Assembly: GCA_021209525.1 (NCBI GenBank)
Contig: JAJOIF010000006.1
Span: 14,115-78,114 of the forward strand
Origin: Minisyncoccota bacterium
GTDB lineage: Bacteria > Patescibacteriota > Minisyncoccia > Phycocordibacterales > UBA1006
DNA: 64,000 nt
Reading direction: 5' to 3'
Position numbers and translations under genes: made by a program. The number at the start of each line of letters is the position of its first letter. Positions within the stretch are counted from its first letter, which is position 1. Shown here in pieces: positions 38,245-48,117 of this stretch. The notes under the pieces were generated by a model. The model saw only the letters and a list, made by a program, of their open reading frames with translations, did not search any database and had not been told where the DNA came from.

Positions 38245-39795
38245 ATGCATCTCACCAAAGAACAGGAGCGCATTATCGCAACACAAACACATATCAAAGT
38301 GCAAGCCATTGCAGGCGCAGGCAAGACATCTACAATTATTGCATATGCCGAATCGCGACCCGCTCATGCAAAAATTTTATATATTGTCTTTAATGCATCA
38401 GCAAAACAAGAAGCCCAAGAGAAATTCAAACAGAGAAACTTGACCAATGTGACCGTAACTACTGCGCATGCGCTCGCATATCAGTATATGATTACTGATG
38501 CAGGATATACGGTGCGGTCTACAGAATATGCTCTGGATGATTTGGTGTACATGCTTGATATATCGGGCAGCAGATCACATACTATGCGCATAGCACATCA
38601 TGTCAAAAAATATATGGCGCTCTATTGTAATAGCATTGAAACAGATATGGATCGTATTGCTTATGCATCATATCTCACCGATGCTGAAACATTAGATTTT
38701 TTTACTACGCACAGTGCATGCATTATAGAAAAAGCAAAGCTCTGGTTTACGTTCATGGATACACAGCAATGTGACAGTACTCATGATTTTTATCTTAAAA
38801 AATTTCATCTCTGTATTCCTGATTTGGGATATGACTATGTCCTCTTTGATGAAGCTCAGGATGCTTCTGGTGCTATGCTCGGTATTTTTCTTGCCCAAAA
38901 AGACAGCGTCAAGGTAATGGTGGGAGATACGCATCAGCAAATTTATAGTTGGCGCTATGCGGTGAATTCTCTGGAATATGTAGATTTTCCAGAATATCGC
39001 TTGTCGGCGAGTTTTCGTTTCCATGCAGATATTGCCGATCTCGCTACGCGTATTTTGTCTTTGAAAAAATATGTCACCACATATGATACGATAACCATTA
39101 CGGGCAAGGGGGCATATAGAGATATGCCGCGCACGTATGCAACAATTGCGCGTACGAACTTAGGACTTTTGCGTATGGTGCTTGCATATCTTGAGATGTG
39201 TACAGATGATGTGCCGCGCCTTTATTTTGAAGGGACGCTGCGCTCCTATATGTATGGGGTTATGGATGGGGCGCTTCATGATATTTTTGCATTGTACACA
39301 GGGGCGTATCATGATATGCGAGATCCTTTTTTGAAAACATTTACTTCATACGAAGCATTAGAAACATATGCGCTCTCGGTGCACGATGTATCGCTCGGGC
39401 TCATGATAGATATGGTCAAGCGCTACCGCGAAGAATTGCCTGCAGTTATTGCAACGATACAGTCATATCATGTTGATGATCGATCAACAGCGCAGCATAT
39501 TTTTTCTACAGTACACAAATGCAAGGGCATGGAATATGATCATATTACTCTTGCTGATGATTTTATTACAGAACAGGCGCTCGTGAATATAGATACGAAC
39601 ACAGCGCATCCCCAAGATATTGCAAAAGCCATAGAAGAAATTAATCTCTTGTATGTTGCCGTAACGCGCGCTCATGGATATGTCGTATTGCCGGCGCGCT
39701 ATAGAACAGAATCGCTCGATGTGGATTCGCCGTATATACAATGGGTTGATGAAGCAGAGGAGGGGTATCGCGCATATAAAAAACCTGTGTCATAG
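38245..39795 (+). CDS. UvrD/Rep-type superfamily-1 DNA helicase (short form)
   Basis: Walker A AGAGKTS, motif II FDEAQDAS, YSWRYA (motif III-like), C-terminal HKCKGMEYDHI and LLYVAVTRA. Confidence 0.7.
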   Translation: MHLTKEQERIIATQTHIKVQAIAGAGKTSTIIAYAESRPAHAKILYIVFNASAKQEAQEKFKQRNLTNVTVTTAHALAYQYMITDAGYTVRSTEYALDDLVYMLDISGSRSHTMRIAHHVKKYMALYCNSIETDMDRIAYASYLTDAETLDFFTTHSACIIEKAKLWFTFMDTQQCDSTHDFYLKKFHLCIPDLGYDYVLFDEAQDASGAMLGIFLAQKDSVKVMVGDTHQQIYSWRYAVNSLEYVDFPEYRLSASFRFHADIADLATRILSLKKYVTTYDTITITGKGAYRDMPRTYATIARTNLGLLRMVLAYLEMCTDDVPRLYFEGTLRSYMYGVMDGALHDIFALYTGAYHDMRDPFLKTFTSYEALETYALSVHDVSLGLMIDMVKRYREELPAVIATIQSYHVDDRSTAQHIFSTVHKCKGMEYDHITLADDFITEQALVNIDTNTAHPQDIAKAIEEINLLYVAVTRAHGYVVLPARYRTESLDVDSPYIQWVDEAEEGYRAYKKPVS

Positions 39796-39824
39796 CACAG
39801 GTCTTTGATAGTATAGTACACTCT

Positions 39825-40403
39825 TTACTTTTGGGTTTGTAAAAAGAGTGATGCCCCTATAATGTATCCATAGTCTTTGGTTTCTGGATTATAGAGAGGC
39901 GCATTCCATAAGGTGAAATTCTTGAATGGTATATCAACGCGCGGCCCGATGCCTGCAAATCGTTGTGCGTGGATGCCGGTTTTAATAATGGATTTGAGTT
40001 CATATAATGTTGTATGGAGATACCAATATCCGGTATTTCCGTACTCTATCAATGAGACACTTGACCATCGTTCGCCAAAATAAGTCACACCCACCAGTGC
40101 GCGCAAGGGAATACCTTGAGTCACTTGTTCGTAACCGAATAATGTTTTGAGTGTGAGTCCTGTCTTCGGAGTATAGGTTGGTCCCGCGAGGACTTCTGCC
40201 CATGATGGTGTCATAACCACCAAGCTACTTAAACCAAACTTTTCCCCAAAAGAATGCTCTGGGTTTACTACAAAAAATGGCTTATATCCATCGCGTGTAA
40301 AAACGCTTTGCTTTTGCAAGAAAAGAGTAGTGCTTTGAGACAAAGAAAAAGTGTGCATGAGCACTATGAAGGTTACCATGCGTATGCGCAAGATTTTTTC
40401 CAT
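39825..40403 (-). CDS. secreted hypothetical protein
   Basis: Signal peptide; Gly/Tyr-rich beta-type composition. Confidence 0.45.
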   Translation of the reverse strand: MEKILRIRMVTFIVLMHTFSLSQSTTLFLQKQSVFTRDGYKPFFVVNPEHSFGEKFGLSSLVVMTPSWAEVLAGPTYTPKTGLTLKTLFGYEQVTQGIPLRALVGVTYFGERWSSVSLIEYGNTGYWYLHTTLYELKSIIKTGIHAQRFAGIGPRVDIPFKNFTLWNAPLYNPETKDYGYIIGASLFLQTQK

Positions 40404-40635
40404 AGAATGAGATTGAGTTGTTAAGGTTTACAAATATATTGCCATGGTAATATAAAAAATATACACTGTCAAATATAGAATTTGACTTCCTAATCACTTT
40501 ATAGTATCATATACCCATGCTTTTGAAACTCGTGTAGGGCTCACTAGCTGCAGATGTGATTATTTCTTCGTATTTGCTTTATTTATCACCTGCACAGCCC
40601 TGAAATACTTCAGTATTTCACTTATCTCATTTATT

Positions 40636-41937
40636 ATGAATACAAAAAACACACAACGCCGCTCGGGCGTTAATTCCGGGCGTCCTTTATCAGGTAACAA
40701 GGCGCGTCGTCCATTTCGTGACAGCAAAGGATCAAGCAAGTCTCGCACATCATCACGCCGACCACATTCAGGCGGTGGACGATCTGGTGGCGCAAAGAGA
40801 GGGGGAGGGCGCAAAATGCCAACATTTAATCCCGCTCAATTTATCAACAAAAACCCACGACAAATAGAAGAAGTTGCCTTTGTTGCAAAAAACACATTTG
40901 CTGACTTTGGACTTGATGCGCGTATTTTAGAAATCTTGGCGCCGATGGGAATTCACTCACCGTCTCCTATTCAAGATCAAATTATTCCGCATGCAATGCA
41001 AGGATCTGATGTTGTTGGTCTTGCTGAAACGGGAACAGGAAAGACTGCAGCATTTTTGTTGCCACTTATCCAAAAAACAATCAATGAACCAAAACGAGAA
41101 CACATGACACTCATTTTGGCGCCGACACGTGAACTCGCGCTACAAATTCAAGATGAATTGCGCAAGCTCTCAAAAGGACTACGCCTCTTTTCTACTGTTT
41201 GTGTAGGAGGTATGCCACTTCGTCCGCAATTGCAGTCTTTGGCACGTCTCAATCACTTTGTTATTGGAACACCAGGGCGCGTGATGGATCTCATTAAGCG
41301 TGGTGCCATCAAACCAGAGCGCCTCACCACAGCAGTACTCGACGAAGCTGACCGTATGCTTGATATGGGATTCATTCATGATATGAAAACCATTCTCTCT
41401 CAATTGCCAAAAGACCGTCACACACTGTTTTTCTCAGCGACCATGGCAAAAGAAACAGAAAAGCTGGTGCATGATTTCCTTAAAAATCCTGTGGTTATTT
41501 CGGTCAAGAAAAAAGATGTTTCTCAAAGTATTGAGCAAGACATTGTGCCGTATGCAGCACATGACAAATTCAACAAACTCTGCACATTGCTCTCGCAAGA
41601 TGGCTTCAAGCGTGTGATTATCTTTGGTGAAATGAAACACAGCGTGCAAAAACTCGCCGAAGAATTATTTGCTCATGGTATTCCTGCAGAATCAATTCAC
41701 GGCAACAAGAGCCATGCGCAACGCCAACGAGCGCTCAAGCGTCTCAAGGATGGTAATGTGCGTGTACTCGTTGCAACAGATGTGGCGGCTCGCGGTATTC
41801 ACGTTGATGATGTGACTCATGTAATCAACTACGATCTTCCACAAACATTTGATGACTATGTCCACCGTATTGGTCGTACTGGTCGTGGTGACAAATTTGG
41901 TAAGGCGCTCACTTTTGTGCCAGAATCACTTTTGTAA
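40636..41937 (+). CDS. DEAD-box RNA helicase with Arg/Gly/Ser-rich N-terminal tail
   Basis: Q-motif FADFGL...SPSPIQ, AETGTGKT, PTRELA, DEAD (VLDEADRMLDMGF), SAT, HRIGRTGRG. Confidence 0.9.
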   Translation: MNTKNTQRRSGVNSGRPLSGNKARRPFRDSKGSSKSRTSSRRPHSGGGRSGGAKRGGGRKMPTFNPAQFINKNPRQIEEVAFVAKNTFADFGLDARILEILAPMGIHSPSPIQDQIIPHAMQGSDVVGLAETGTGKTAAFLLPLIQKTINEPKREHMTLILAPTRELALQIQDELRKLSKGLRLFSTVCVGGMPLRPQLQSLARLNHFVIGTPGRVMDLIKRGAIKPERLTTAVLDEADRMLDMGFIHDMKTILSQLPKDRHTLFFSATMAKETEKLVHDFLKNPVVISVKKKDVSQSIEQDIVPYAAHDKFNKLCTLLSQDGFKRVIIFGEMKHSVQKLAEELFAHGIPAESIHGNKSHAQRQRALKRLKDGNVRVLVATDVAARGIHVDDVTHVINYDLPQTFDDYVHRIGRTGRGDKFGKALTFVPESLL

Positions 41938-42034
41938 TACCAAGGCGTCTCTTCAAAAAACAAAAAAGGACTCTATGTAATAGCATATAACAAAAAACTC
42001 ACACGAATCGTGTGAGTTTTTTGTATCGGCATAA

Positions 42035-42235
42035 TTATGCGCGACGTACATTTACTGCATTTACTCCTTTTTGTGTTTCTTCAGTATCAAATGATACTGC
42101 TTCTCCTTCGCGAAGATCATCATACATGACATCTTGCAAAGAACTCGCGTGAAAGAAAATGTCTCCATTTTGTCCTTCAACAGCGATGAAACCGAAACCT
42201 TTGTCAGTAAGACGCTTGATTGTTCCTTGTTGCAT
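42035..42235 (-). CDS. cspA: cold-shock protein
   Basis: GTIKRLTDKGFGFIAVEG...DIFFHAS (RNP1/RNP2); internal Met start. Confidence 0.85.
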   Translation of the reverse strand: MQQGTIKRLTDKGFGFIAVEGQNGDIFFHASSLQDVMYDDLREGEAVSFDTEETQKGVNAVNVRRA

Positions 42236-42633
42236 ATTTTTTTGAAAAAAATTCAATGAGGTTATATGAATAATACTCAAAACATAATATCCTTACTCCT
42301 TCATGAAACATCATTGATCTTTTATGGGTTCGAGAGATAGCTTTGTTCTGATAAGAATAGTATAGCATACTTTATTTATTTCTCAAACAACACACCTTCT
42401 TTCACGCCCTTTCTTGAGGTAATACAGTATCTCTTTCTCTGCGTTCTTCCTATTAGATGCACGTAGGTATCAGGGTATTTCTGGAGTAATGTGAAAAAAC
42501 CTTTAATAATAAGGCTTATTTTCTAGATATGTGGATAAGTGTATGACTTTATAAAAAATTGAGAAATTTAGTATATAATCCTGAGCAAATACCAGTACAC
42601 TCTCTTTATTACTCAGATTAATACATTTTTTAT

Positions 42634-43299
42634 ATGAAAGCACTCATTGTTGAGGACGAGCCAAAAATTGCTCAATTTATTCAAAAAAGCCTACAATCAG
42701 AATATTTTGTCGTTGATTGTGCGCCCGATGGCGAAAAAGGGTCGTATTTAGCGCGCTTGCATGATTATGACATTATTATTCTTGATAATATGTTGCCGTA
42801 CAAAACAGGTCTTGAAGTATGCAAAGAAATTAGAAATTTCGGCAAGAATACACCTATTATTGTATTGTCTGTGCAAACTGAAGTAAATCAACGAATAACA
42901 TTATTAAATGCGGGGGCTGATGATTATCTCATGAAGCCCTTTTCGTTTGAAGAATTACATGCACGCATGCGCGCACTCTTGCGCAGACCTCAGCATGTGA
43001 GTAGCGATGATCTCGTGCTTGATACACTCGTGCTCAATCTTGATGCGCATACAGTACGTAGGGGAGAACACGAAGTACATCTCACACGCAAAGAATTTAT
43101 GCTCTTGTATTATCTCATGAAGCATCGTGGTAATGTATTATCACGCGGGACGATTATGGAGCATGTGTGGGATATGAATGCCGATCCATTTTCAAATACT
43201 ATTGAATCCCATATTTTGTCACTTCGCAAGAAAATTAACATTGAAGGACATCGCAAGCTCATTACTACTGTTTCAGGGAGAGGGTATAAGATTGAGTAG
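42634..43299 (+). CDS. OmpR-family response regulator (no cognate kinase adjacent)
   Basis: Receiver domain (ALIVEDEP...IIILDNMLP...K) plus winged-helix output (RGYKIE end). Confidence 0.85.
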   Translation: MKALIVEDEPKIAQFIQKSLQSEYFVVDCAPDGEKGSYLARLHDYDIIILDNMLPYKTGLEVCKEIRNFGKNTPIIVLSVQTEVNQRITLLNAGADDYLMKPFSFEELHARMRALLRRPQHVSSDDLVLDTLVLNLDAHTVRRGEHEVHLTRKEFMLLYYLMKHRGNVLSRGTIMEHVWDMNADPFSNTIESHILSLRKKINIEGHRKLITTVSGRGYKIE

Positions 43300-43306
43300 A
43301 GGCAGG

Positions 43307-43605
43307 CAAGCACCAAAAACCAAACAAATTACAACCCTGCTCAGCGAGACAAGAAACAAATAACCGCTCATTCCCGGAATACGCGAGGAAACGAGCGTAT
43401 GTCCGGGATCTCGTGTCTTGTTAATGAGTGCGCAACATAAGTGCCACTGAAACGAGACCCCGGACATTTTCTCCGTTAGCACTCCGAAAATTCCGGGGAA
43501 GAGGTGGTGGATCACAAATTCCGGGGAAGAAGTGATGATTCTTGAGATTTGTATTACTCGCCGTAGCGAAGCGAAGGAGAGGAATTTGGAATTTGGTGCT
43601 TGGTC
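43307..43605. mobile_element. MITE-like element (~299 bp), same family as 12857-13139
   Basis: Left end CAAGCACCAAAAACCAAACAAATT, right end reverse complement of GACCAAGCACCAAATTCCAAATTC. Interior has ATTCCGGGAA/AAATTCCGGGGAAGA direct repeats, a 13-bp-stem hairpin (ATGTCCGGGATCTCG...CGAGACCCCGGACAT) and the CCGTAGCGAAGCGAAGGAGAG module. Confidence 0.55.
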
Positions 43606-43666
43606 GGTCACCTCCCATATGCTATACTAAAATCATCACTTATTAGGTATTAACGAGTATTTTTAT

Positions 43667-44233
43667 ATGATTGGACTTTGGATTATTTTAGGTATCGCAG
43701 CGCTCATACTCATTTGGGCAATTGCAACATACAATAGATTTATTATCTTGAAAACACGCGCCGAAGAAGCGTGGGCAGATATTGATGTACAGCTCAAGCG
43801 TCGCTATGACCTTATCCCTAATATTATTGAAACCGTAAAAGGGTATGCAGCTCATGAAAAAGGCGTTCTCGAAGAAGTAACCAAGGCGCGCACTGCGGCG
43901 ATGGCAGCAGAACAATCAGGCGATCCTGCGCGCGCTGCACAAGCAGAAAATGCACTCTCAGGAACACTCAAGACATTATTTGCTGTTGCTGAAAATTATC
44001 CAGACCTCAAAGCAAATGCAAATTTCCTCGAATTGCAACGCGAACTTTCAGATACAGAAAATAAAATTCAATCTGCGCGTCGTTTTTACAATACCAATGT
44101 ACGCGACTTTAATATCAAGACAAAAACATTCCCGAGCACTGTAATTGCGCATCTCTTTCACTTTGACAAGCAAGAATTCTTTACCCTTGCAGATGCTCCA
44201 CAAGAACGTGAAAATATTTCTGTGCGTTTCTAA
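43667..44233 (+). CDS. lemA: LemA family protein
   Basis: N-terminal TM then LemA core YNRFIILKTRAEEAWADIDVQLKRRYDLIPN. Confidence 0.85.
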   Translation: MIGLWIILGIAALILIWAIATYNRFIILKTRAEEAWADIDVQLKRRYDLIPNIIETVKGYAAHEKGVLEEVTKARTAAMAAEQSGDPARAAQAENALSGTLKTLFAVAENYPDLKANANFLELQRELSDTENKIQSARRFYNTNVRDFNIKTKTFPSTVIAHLFHFDKQEFFTLADAPQERENISVRF

Positions 44234-44245
44234 TCTTACCTATCT

Positions 44246-44851
44246 ATGTCTCACACTAAACGTCTCATGCTCGGTCTTGTTCTACTTGCTCTCATAGTTG
44301 GGGGATTTTTGGGTATGCGTGCACTTATGCGATCATCATCTGATACAGGTGCACCACGCAATCCACGCGCCGTAGAGATATTTTACCAAGAAAATATTGA
44401 TACGCTCTTTGCAGAAAAATCTGCTCTCAAGCAAAATCCATGGGTGAATCCTCTCATTACCGAAACGCGTGATGTGAATGGTGATGGGGTACTCGATATG
44501 ATTATTGCTACCGGACAAGGTGGTGTCTATATGAATGAATTTGAAGTATGGACATATCTTGATGATGTATTCGTACCTCTGGAAATGCGCTATTTATCTG
44601 GACGCATTGATACAGTGCGCCTAAGTGAAGGGTCTTCTGTATTTTATAATATGGGATATGAATTCTTGCCGCAGATACAAGGCTTTCTCCAATTCCAAGA
44701 AGATTTTCATGAGCGCGCCGATGAGAATGGCAGATGTTTTGTTGCGCTCTATACATGGTCTTTGGATCGCGCTTATTTTGTGCCAACAACACCTGATAGC
44801 GCTGGAGTGACTCATGAGATTTTTGATAGGTGTACGCTGAGTACTGTATAA
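44246..44851 (+). CDS. membrane-anchored hypothetical protein (between lemA and htpX)
   Basis: N-terminal TM; no family recognised. Confidence 0.45.
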   Translation: MSHTKRLMLGLVLLALIVGGFLGMRALMRSSSDTGAPRNPRAVEIFYQENIDTLFAEKSALKQNPWVNPLITETRDVNGDGVLDMIIATGQGGVYMNEFEVWTYLDDVFVPLEMRYLSGRIDTVRLSEGSSVFYNMGYEFLPQIQGFLQFQEDFHERADENGRCFVALYTWSLDRAYFVPTTPDSAGVTHEIFDRCTLSTV

Positions 44852-44875
44852 GAGTGCGCATGCACATAGTTTCGT

Positions 44876-45760
44876 ATGAATATCTATACACATCAATCAG
44901 AAAATATCAGAAATACATGGATACTTATGACTACTTTTTTGATAGTAGTTATTGGTTTAGGATGGTTGTTTTCTCTCTATTTTGGTAATCCAGTCATTTT
45001 GTATGGAGTGCTTGCTTTTGCATTTTTTCAAGCATTGGTAAGTTATTGGTTTTCAGATCGTATTGTCTTGTCACTCTCTGGTGCGCGAGAAATATCTCGC
45101 GATACACACAGAGAATTATGGAATATTACCGAAAATCTCTGCATGGCAACAGGTCTCACTATGCCACGCCTCTATATCATTCAAGACCCAGCACCTAATG
45201 CATTTGCAACAGGTCGTAATCAAAAACACGGCATTGTTGCGGTGACTACAGGGCTCCTTGATCGTCTCGATCGATCAGAAATAGAAGGAGTTATTGCTCA
45301 TGAGCTTGCCCATATTGGAAATCGCGACATGCTCATTATGACGATGACTGTAGTCTTGGTTGGTTTCATTACATTGCTCGCTGATGTTTTCCTTCGTGCG
45401 ACATTGTGGGGCGGAGGAAATAGACGTGAAGGAGGGCAAGTGCAAGTCGTACTCATGATTATTGGTTTTGCGCTCATGATCTTGTCTCCAATCATTGCGA
45501 CACTCATTCGCATGGCCGTCTCACGCAAGCGCGAATATTTAGCTGATGCAACAGCAGCGCTCATGACGCGCTATCCAGAAGGGCTTGCTTCTGCACTTGA
45601 AAAAATTTCATCATATCCACGCACTATGGAGCGTGCGAATCATGCCACAGCCCATCTTTTTATTTCAAATCCTTTCAAGGACAAGAAAGGTGCATGGAGC
45701 AATATGTGGTCTACGCATCCACCGGTAGAGGAGAGGATTAAGAGATTGAGAGGGATGTAG
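44876..45760 (+). CDS. htpX: zinc metalloprotease HtpX (M48)
   Basis: HEXXH (HELAHIGNRD), 4 TM, typical length. Confidence 0.85.
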   Translation: MNIYTHQSENIRNTWILMTTFLIVVIGLGWLFSLYFGNPVILYGVLAFAFFQALVSYWFSDRIVLSLSGAREISRDTHRELWNITENLCMATGLTMPRLYIIQDPAPNAFATGRNQKHGIVAVTTGLLDRLDRSEIEGVIAHELAHIGNRDMLIMTMTVVLVGFITLLADVFLRATLWGGGNRREGGQVQVVLMIIGFALMILSPIIATLIRMAVSRKREYLADATAALMTRYPEGLASALEKISSYPRTMERANHATAHLFISNPFKDKKGAWSNMWSTHPPVEERIKRLRGM

Positions 45761-45831
45761 AAGTATAAAAAGAAAAATCAAACTTAATTACAAAAAACAA
45801 CCCGTCAGGGTTGTTTTTACTTACATCTATT

Positions 45832-47628
45832 TTACCCCTTACGATTCACTTTTTTGCGATCGCTTTCTTTGAGGAATTCTTTGCGGAGGCGAATCGCATC
45901 AGGAGTTACTTCCAAATATTCATCATCGCCCATCATACCGAGACCGCGTTCCAGAGTCATTTCATATGGCGGCAAGAGGCGAATTGCTTCGTCAGTTCCA
46001 GAGGCGCGCATATTGGTGAGTTGTTTTCCTTTGGTTGGATTCACCATCATTTCATCTCCTTTTGATGAGTAACCAATCACTTGCCCTTCATACACTTCAG
46101 TATTCGGCTCAATATAGAGTACGCCGCGTTTTTGGAGACCTCCCAAAGCAAAAGCAAGTGCTTTGCCAGTAGCCATAGAAATCATAGAACCAAATTCACT
46201 TTTTTCAATAGCACCTACATAAGGCATGAATGAGTGAAATACGCTCGTCAAAATTCCTTCACCTTTGGTGTCAATAATAAATTCATTACGATATCCCATG
46301 AGTCCGCGTGTAGGTACATGGAATACAAGACGCACGCCAGCTTGATCGGGTTTCATTTCTTGCATCATTCCTTTGCGGCGACTCAATTTATCAATAACCG
46401 TTCCAGAAAATTCATCAGGTACGAGAATGGTGACTTCTTCAAATGGTTCAGATTTCACACCATCAATGTCTTTAACGATAACTTCTGGTTGTGAGACAGC
46501 TACTTCAAAACCTTCACGGCGCATATTTTCAAGAAGCACGGCAAGGTGCAATTCACCGCGTCCGTAAATTTTGAATTTTGCTTGATCAGAAAAATCAATA
46601 CGGAGCCCTACGTTTACTTCGAGTTCTTTTTCAAGACGTTCGCGAATTTGTCGTGAGGTGAGCAATTTTCCAACACGTCCCGCAAATGGTGAGTCATTGA
46701 CGAACATAGAGAGGGAAATAGTGGGTTCATCAATAGTAATTTCAGGCAAGACATCTACAGCGTCATTGGTGCTCACGGTTTGACCGATGTAAATATCAGG
46801 GAGGCCAGAAATCATCACAATATCACCTGCATGTGCCGTGTCTACAGCGATGCGACTCAGTCCTTCAAAGGTGAAGAGTTTGGTAATTTTCCCAGTAAAT
46901 GTTTCATGGGTGTGACTGCGCACGGTAACAGTTTGCCCGTCTTTGATGCTTCCTTGGTAGATGCGCATAATACCGAGACGCCCCAAGAAATTATCATATG
47001 CCAAGTTGAATACTTGTGCTTGGAGGTTTTCTGGCTCAGTGCTCGCATGTGCTGCATTAGGAGTATGTTCTAAAATGAGATCAAGGAGCGGATCTAGATT
47101 TTTCATATTTCCAATTTCATTTTTGTCTCGTGTTGCAGTTCCGGCAAGTCCAATAGCATAGACAATAGGGAAGTCGAGCTGTTCGTCATTTGCGCCGAGA
47201 TCAAAAAAGAGTTCATAAATTGCAGATTCAGTAGCATCAAGATCTGCTGCTGGTTTGTCAATTTTATTCATCACCACCATAGGGCGTAGTCCGAGCTCGA
47301 GAGATTTCTTGAGTACGAATTTGGTTTGGGGCATAGGACCCTCTGCGGCATCAACAATGAGACACACTGAATCAACAGAGCGCAATACGCGCTCTACTTC
47401 TGATCCAAAGTCGGCGTGACCTGGTGTGTCGAGAATATTAATTTTGGTGCCCTTGTACAAAACGCTTGTATTTTTTGCATAAATGGTAATACCTCGTTCT
47501 TTTTCAAGATCATTAGAGTCCATAGAGACTCCTTTGGTTACCATTCCTGTTTGTTCAAGGAGTGAGTCGGTTAATGTTGTTTTTCCATGGTCAACATGGG
47601 CAATAATTGCAATATTTCTAATTTCCAT
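45832..47628 (-). CDS. typA: translational GTPase TypA/BipA
   Basis: G1 [10 protein letters not shown]3 DTPGHADF, G4 NKID; EF-G-like domains. Confidence 0.95.
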   Translation of the reverse strand: MEIRNIAIIAHVDHGKTTLTDSLLEQTGMVTKGVSMDSNDLEKERGITIYAKNTSVLYKGTKINILDTPGHADFGSEVERVLRSVDSVCLIVDAAEGPMPQTKFVLKKSLELGLRPMVVMNKIDKPAADLDATESAIYELFFDLGANDEQLDFPIVYAIGLAGTATRDKNEIGNMKNLDPLLDLILEHTPNAAHASTEPENLQAQVFNLAYDNFLGRLGIMRIYQGSIKDGQTVTVRSHTHETFTGKITKLFTFEGLSRIAVDTAHAGDIVMISGLPDIYIGQTVSTNDAVDVLPEITIDEPTISLSMFVNDSPFAGRVGKLLTSRQIRERLEKELEVNVGLRIDFSDQAKFKIYGRGELHLAVLLENMRREGFEVAVSQPEVIVKDIDGVKSEPFEEVTILVPDEFSGTVIDKLSRRKGMMQEMKPDQAGVRLVFHVPTRGLMGYRNEFIIDTKGEGILTSVFHSFMPYVGAIEKSEFGSMISMATGKALAFALGGLQKRGVLYIEPNTEVYEGQVIGYSSKGDEMMVNPTKGKQLTNMRASGTDEAIRLLPPYEMTLERGLGMMGDDEYLEVTPDAIRLRKEFLKESDRKKVNRKG

Positions 47629-47683
47629 AACGTTCGTACAATACTATATATTAAGCAATAAAGCAAAAGATAAGCAAATAATA

Positions 47684-47712
47684 CGATACCCGGGGCAGAG
47701 CCCCGGGTATCG
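47684..47712. promoter_or_regulatory. perfect 12-bp-stem palindrome (CGATACCCGGGGC-AGA-GCCCCGGGTATCG) in the typA/K-channel divergent region
   Basis: Seen directly; not positioned as a terminator for either flanking gene. Confidence 0.5.
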
Positions 47713-47877
47713 CCTTCACTCAAAAAACGTTCGCACAATACTATGTATTTGCTCACAAAGTAAAAGATGCGTAAGTAGGTGCATTGCCTCGAGGTAAGAT
47801 TCTCAAGGTATTATCCTTACTCAAAAATATTCGCACAATACTATGTATTTGCTCACAAAGTAAAAGATACGTAAGTA
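47713..47877. repeat. two ~64-bp direct repeats (47713-47777 and 47815-47877, ~95 percent identical, period 102 bp)
   Basis: CCTT(C)ACTCAAAAA..TTCGCACAATACTATGTATTTGCTCACAAAGTAAAAGAT(G/A)CGTAAGTA present twice. Confidence 0.85.
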
Positions 47878-48117
47878 ATACATTACCTCAAAGCATATTC
47901 ACCAAACAATCGAACAAGCCATTTATTATTTAACCGACGCAGAGTTCCTGAGAATACATGAATTACACCCGGGCTTTGCACGGGTGTATTACCCTTACTC
48001 AACACAAAGTTCTTATGTGGTAAGGTGTGTGTTTATACTACCAAACACATTGTTGTTATTTATGAGCTATTAGTCAGTATTTGGTTGCTTGCTCTTCATG
48101 ATGTATACTAGAAACAT

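Noticed and set aside
35068-39795. Calling the helicase/nuclease cluster a defence system
   Set aside because: There is no operon structure, no additional defence-associated domains, and the nuclease is TM-anchored and extracellular-type. It is kept only as a low-interest observation.
42634-43299. Orphan response regulator as part of a novel signalling system
   Set aside because: Orphan OmpR-type regulators are common. The downstream 300 bp are a repeat element and not a kinase gene, so nothing links it to lemA-htpX.
43408-43468. The long GTCCGGG-containing hairpin as an RNase P or SRP RNA fragment
   Set aside because: No RNase P (AGTCCGGGCT context, GGTGAAA/GGTGCGGTAAGAGCGCACC) or SRP conserved motifs surround it. 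It lies inside a repeat element.
47713-47877. Possible CRISPR array
   Set aside because: There are only two repeat copies of ~64 bp with a 38-bp spacer and no cas genes in the window. Repeat length and number do not fit CRISPR.
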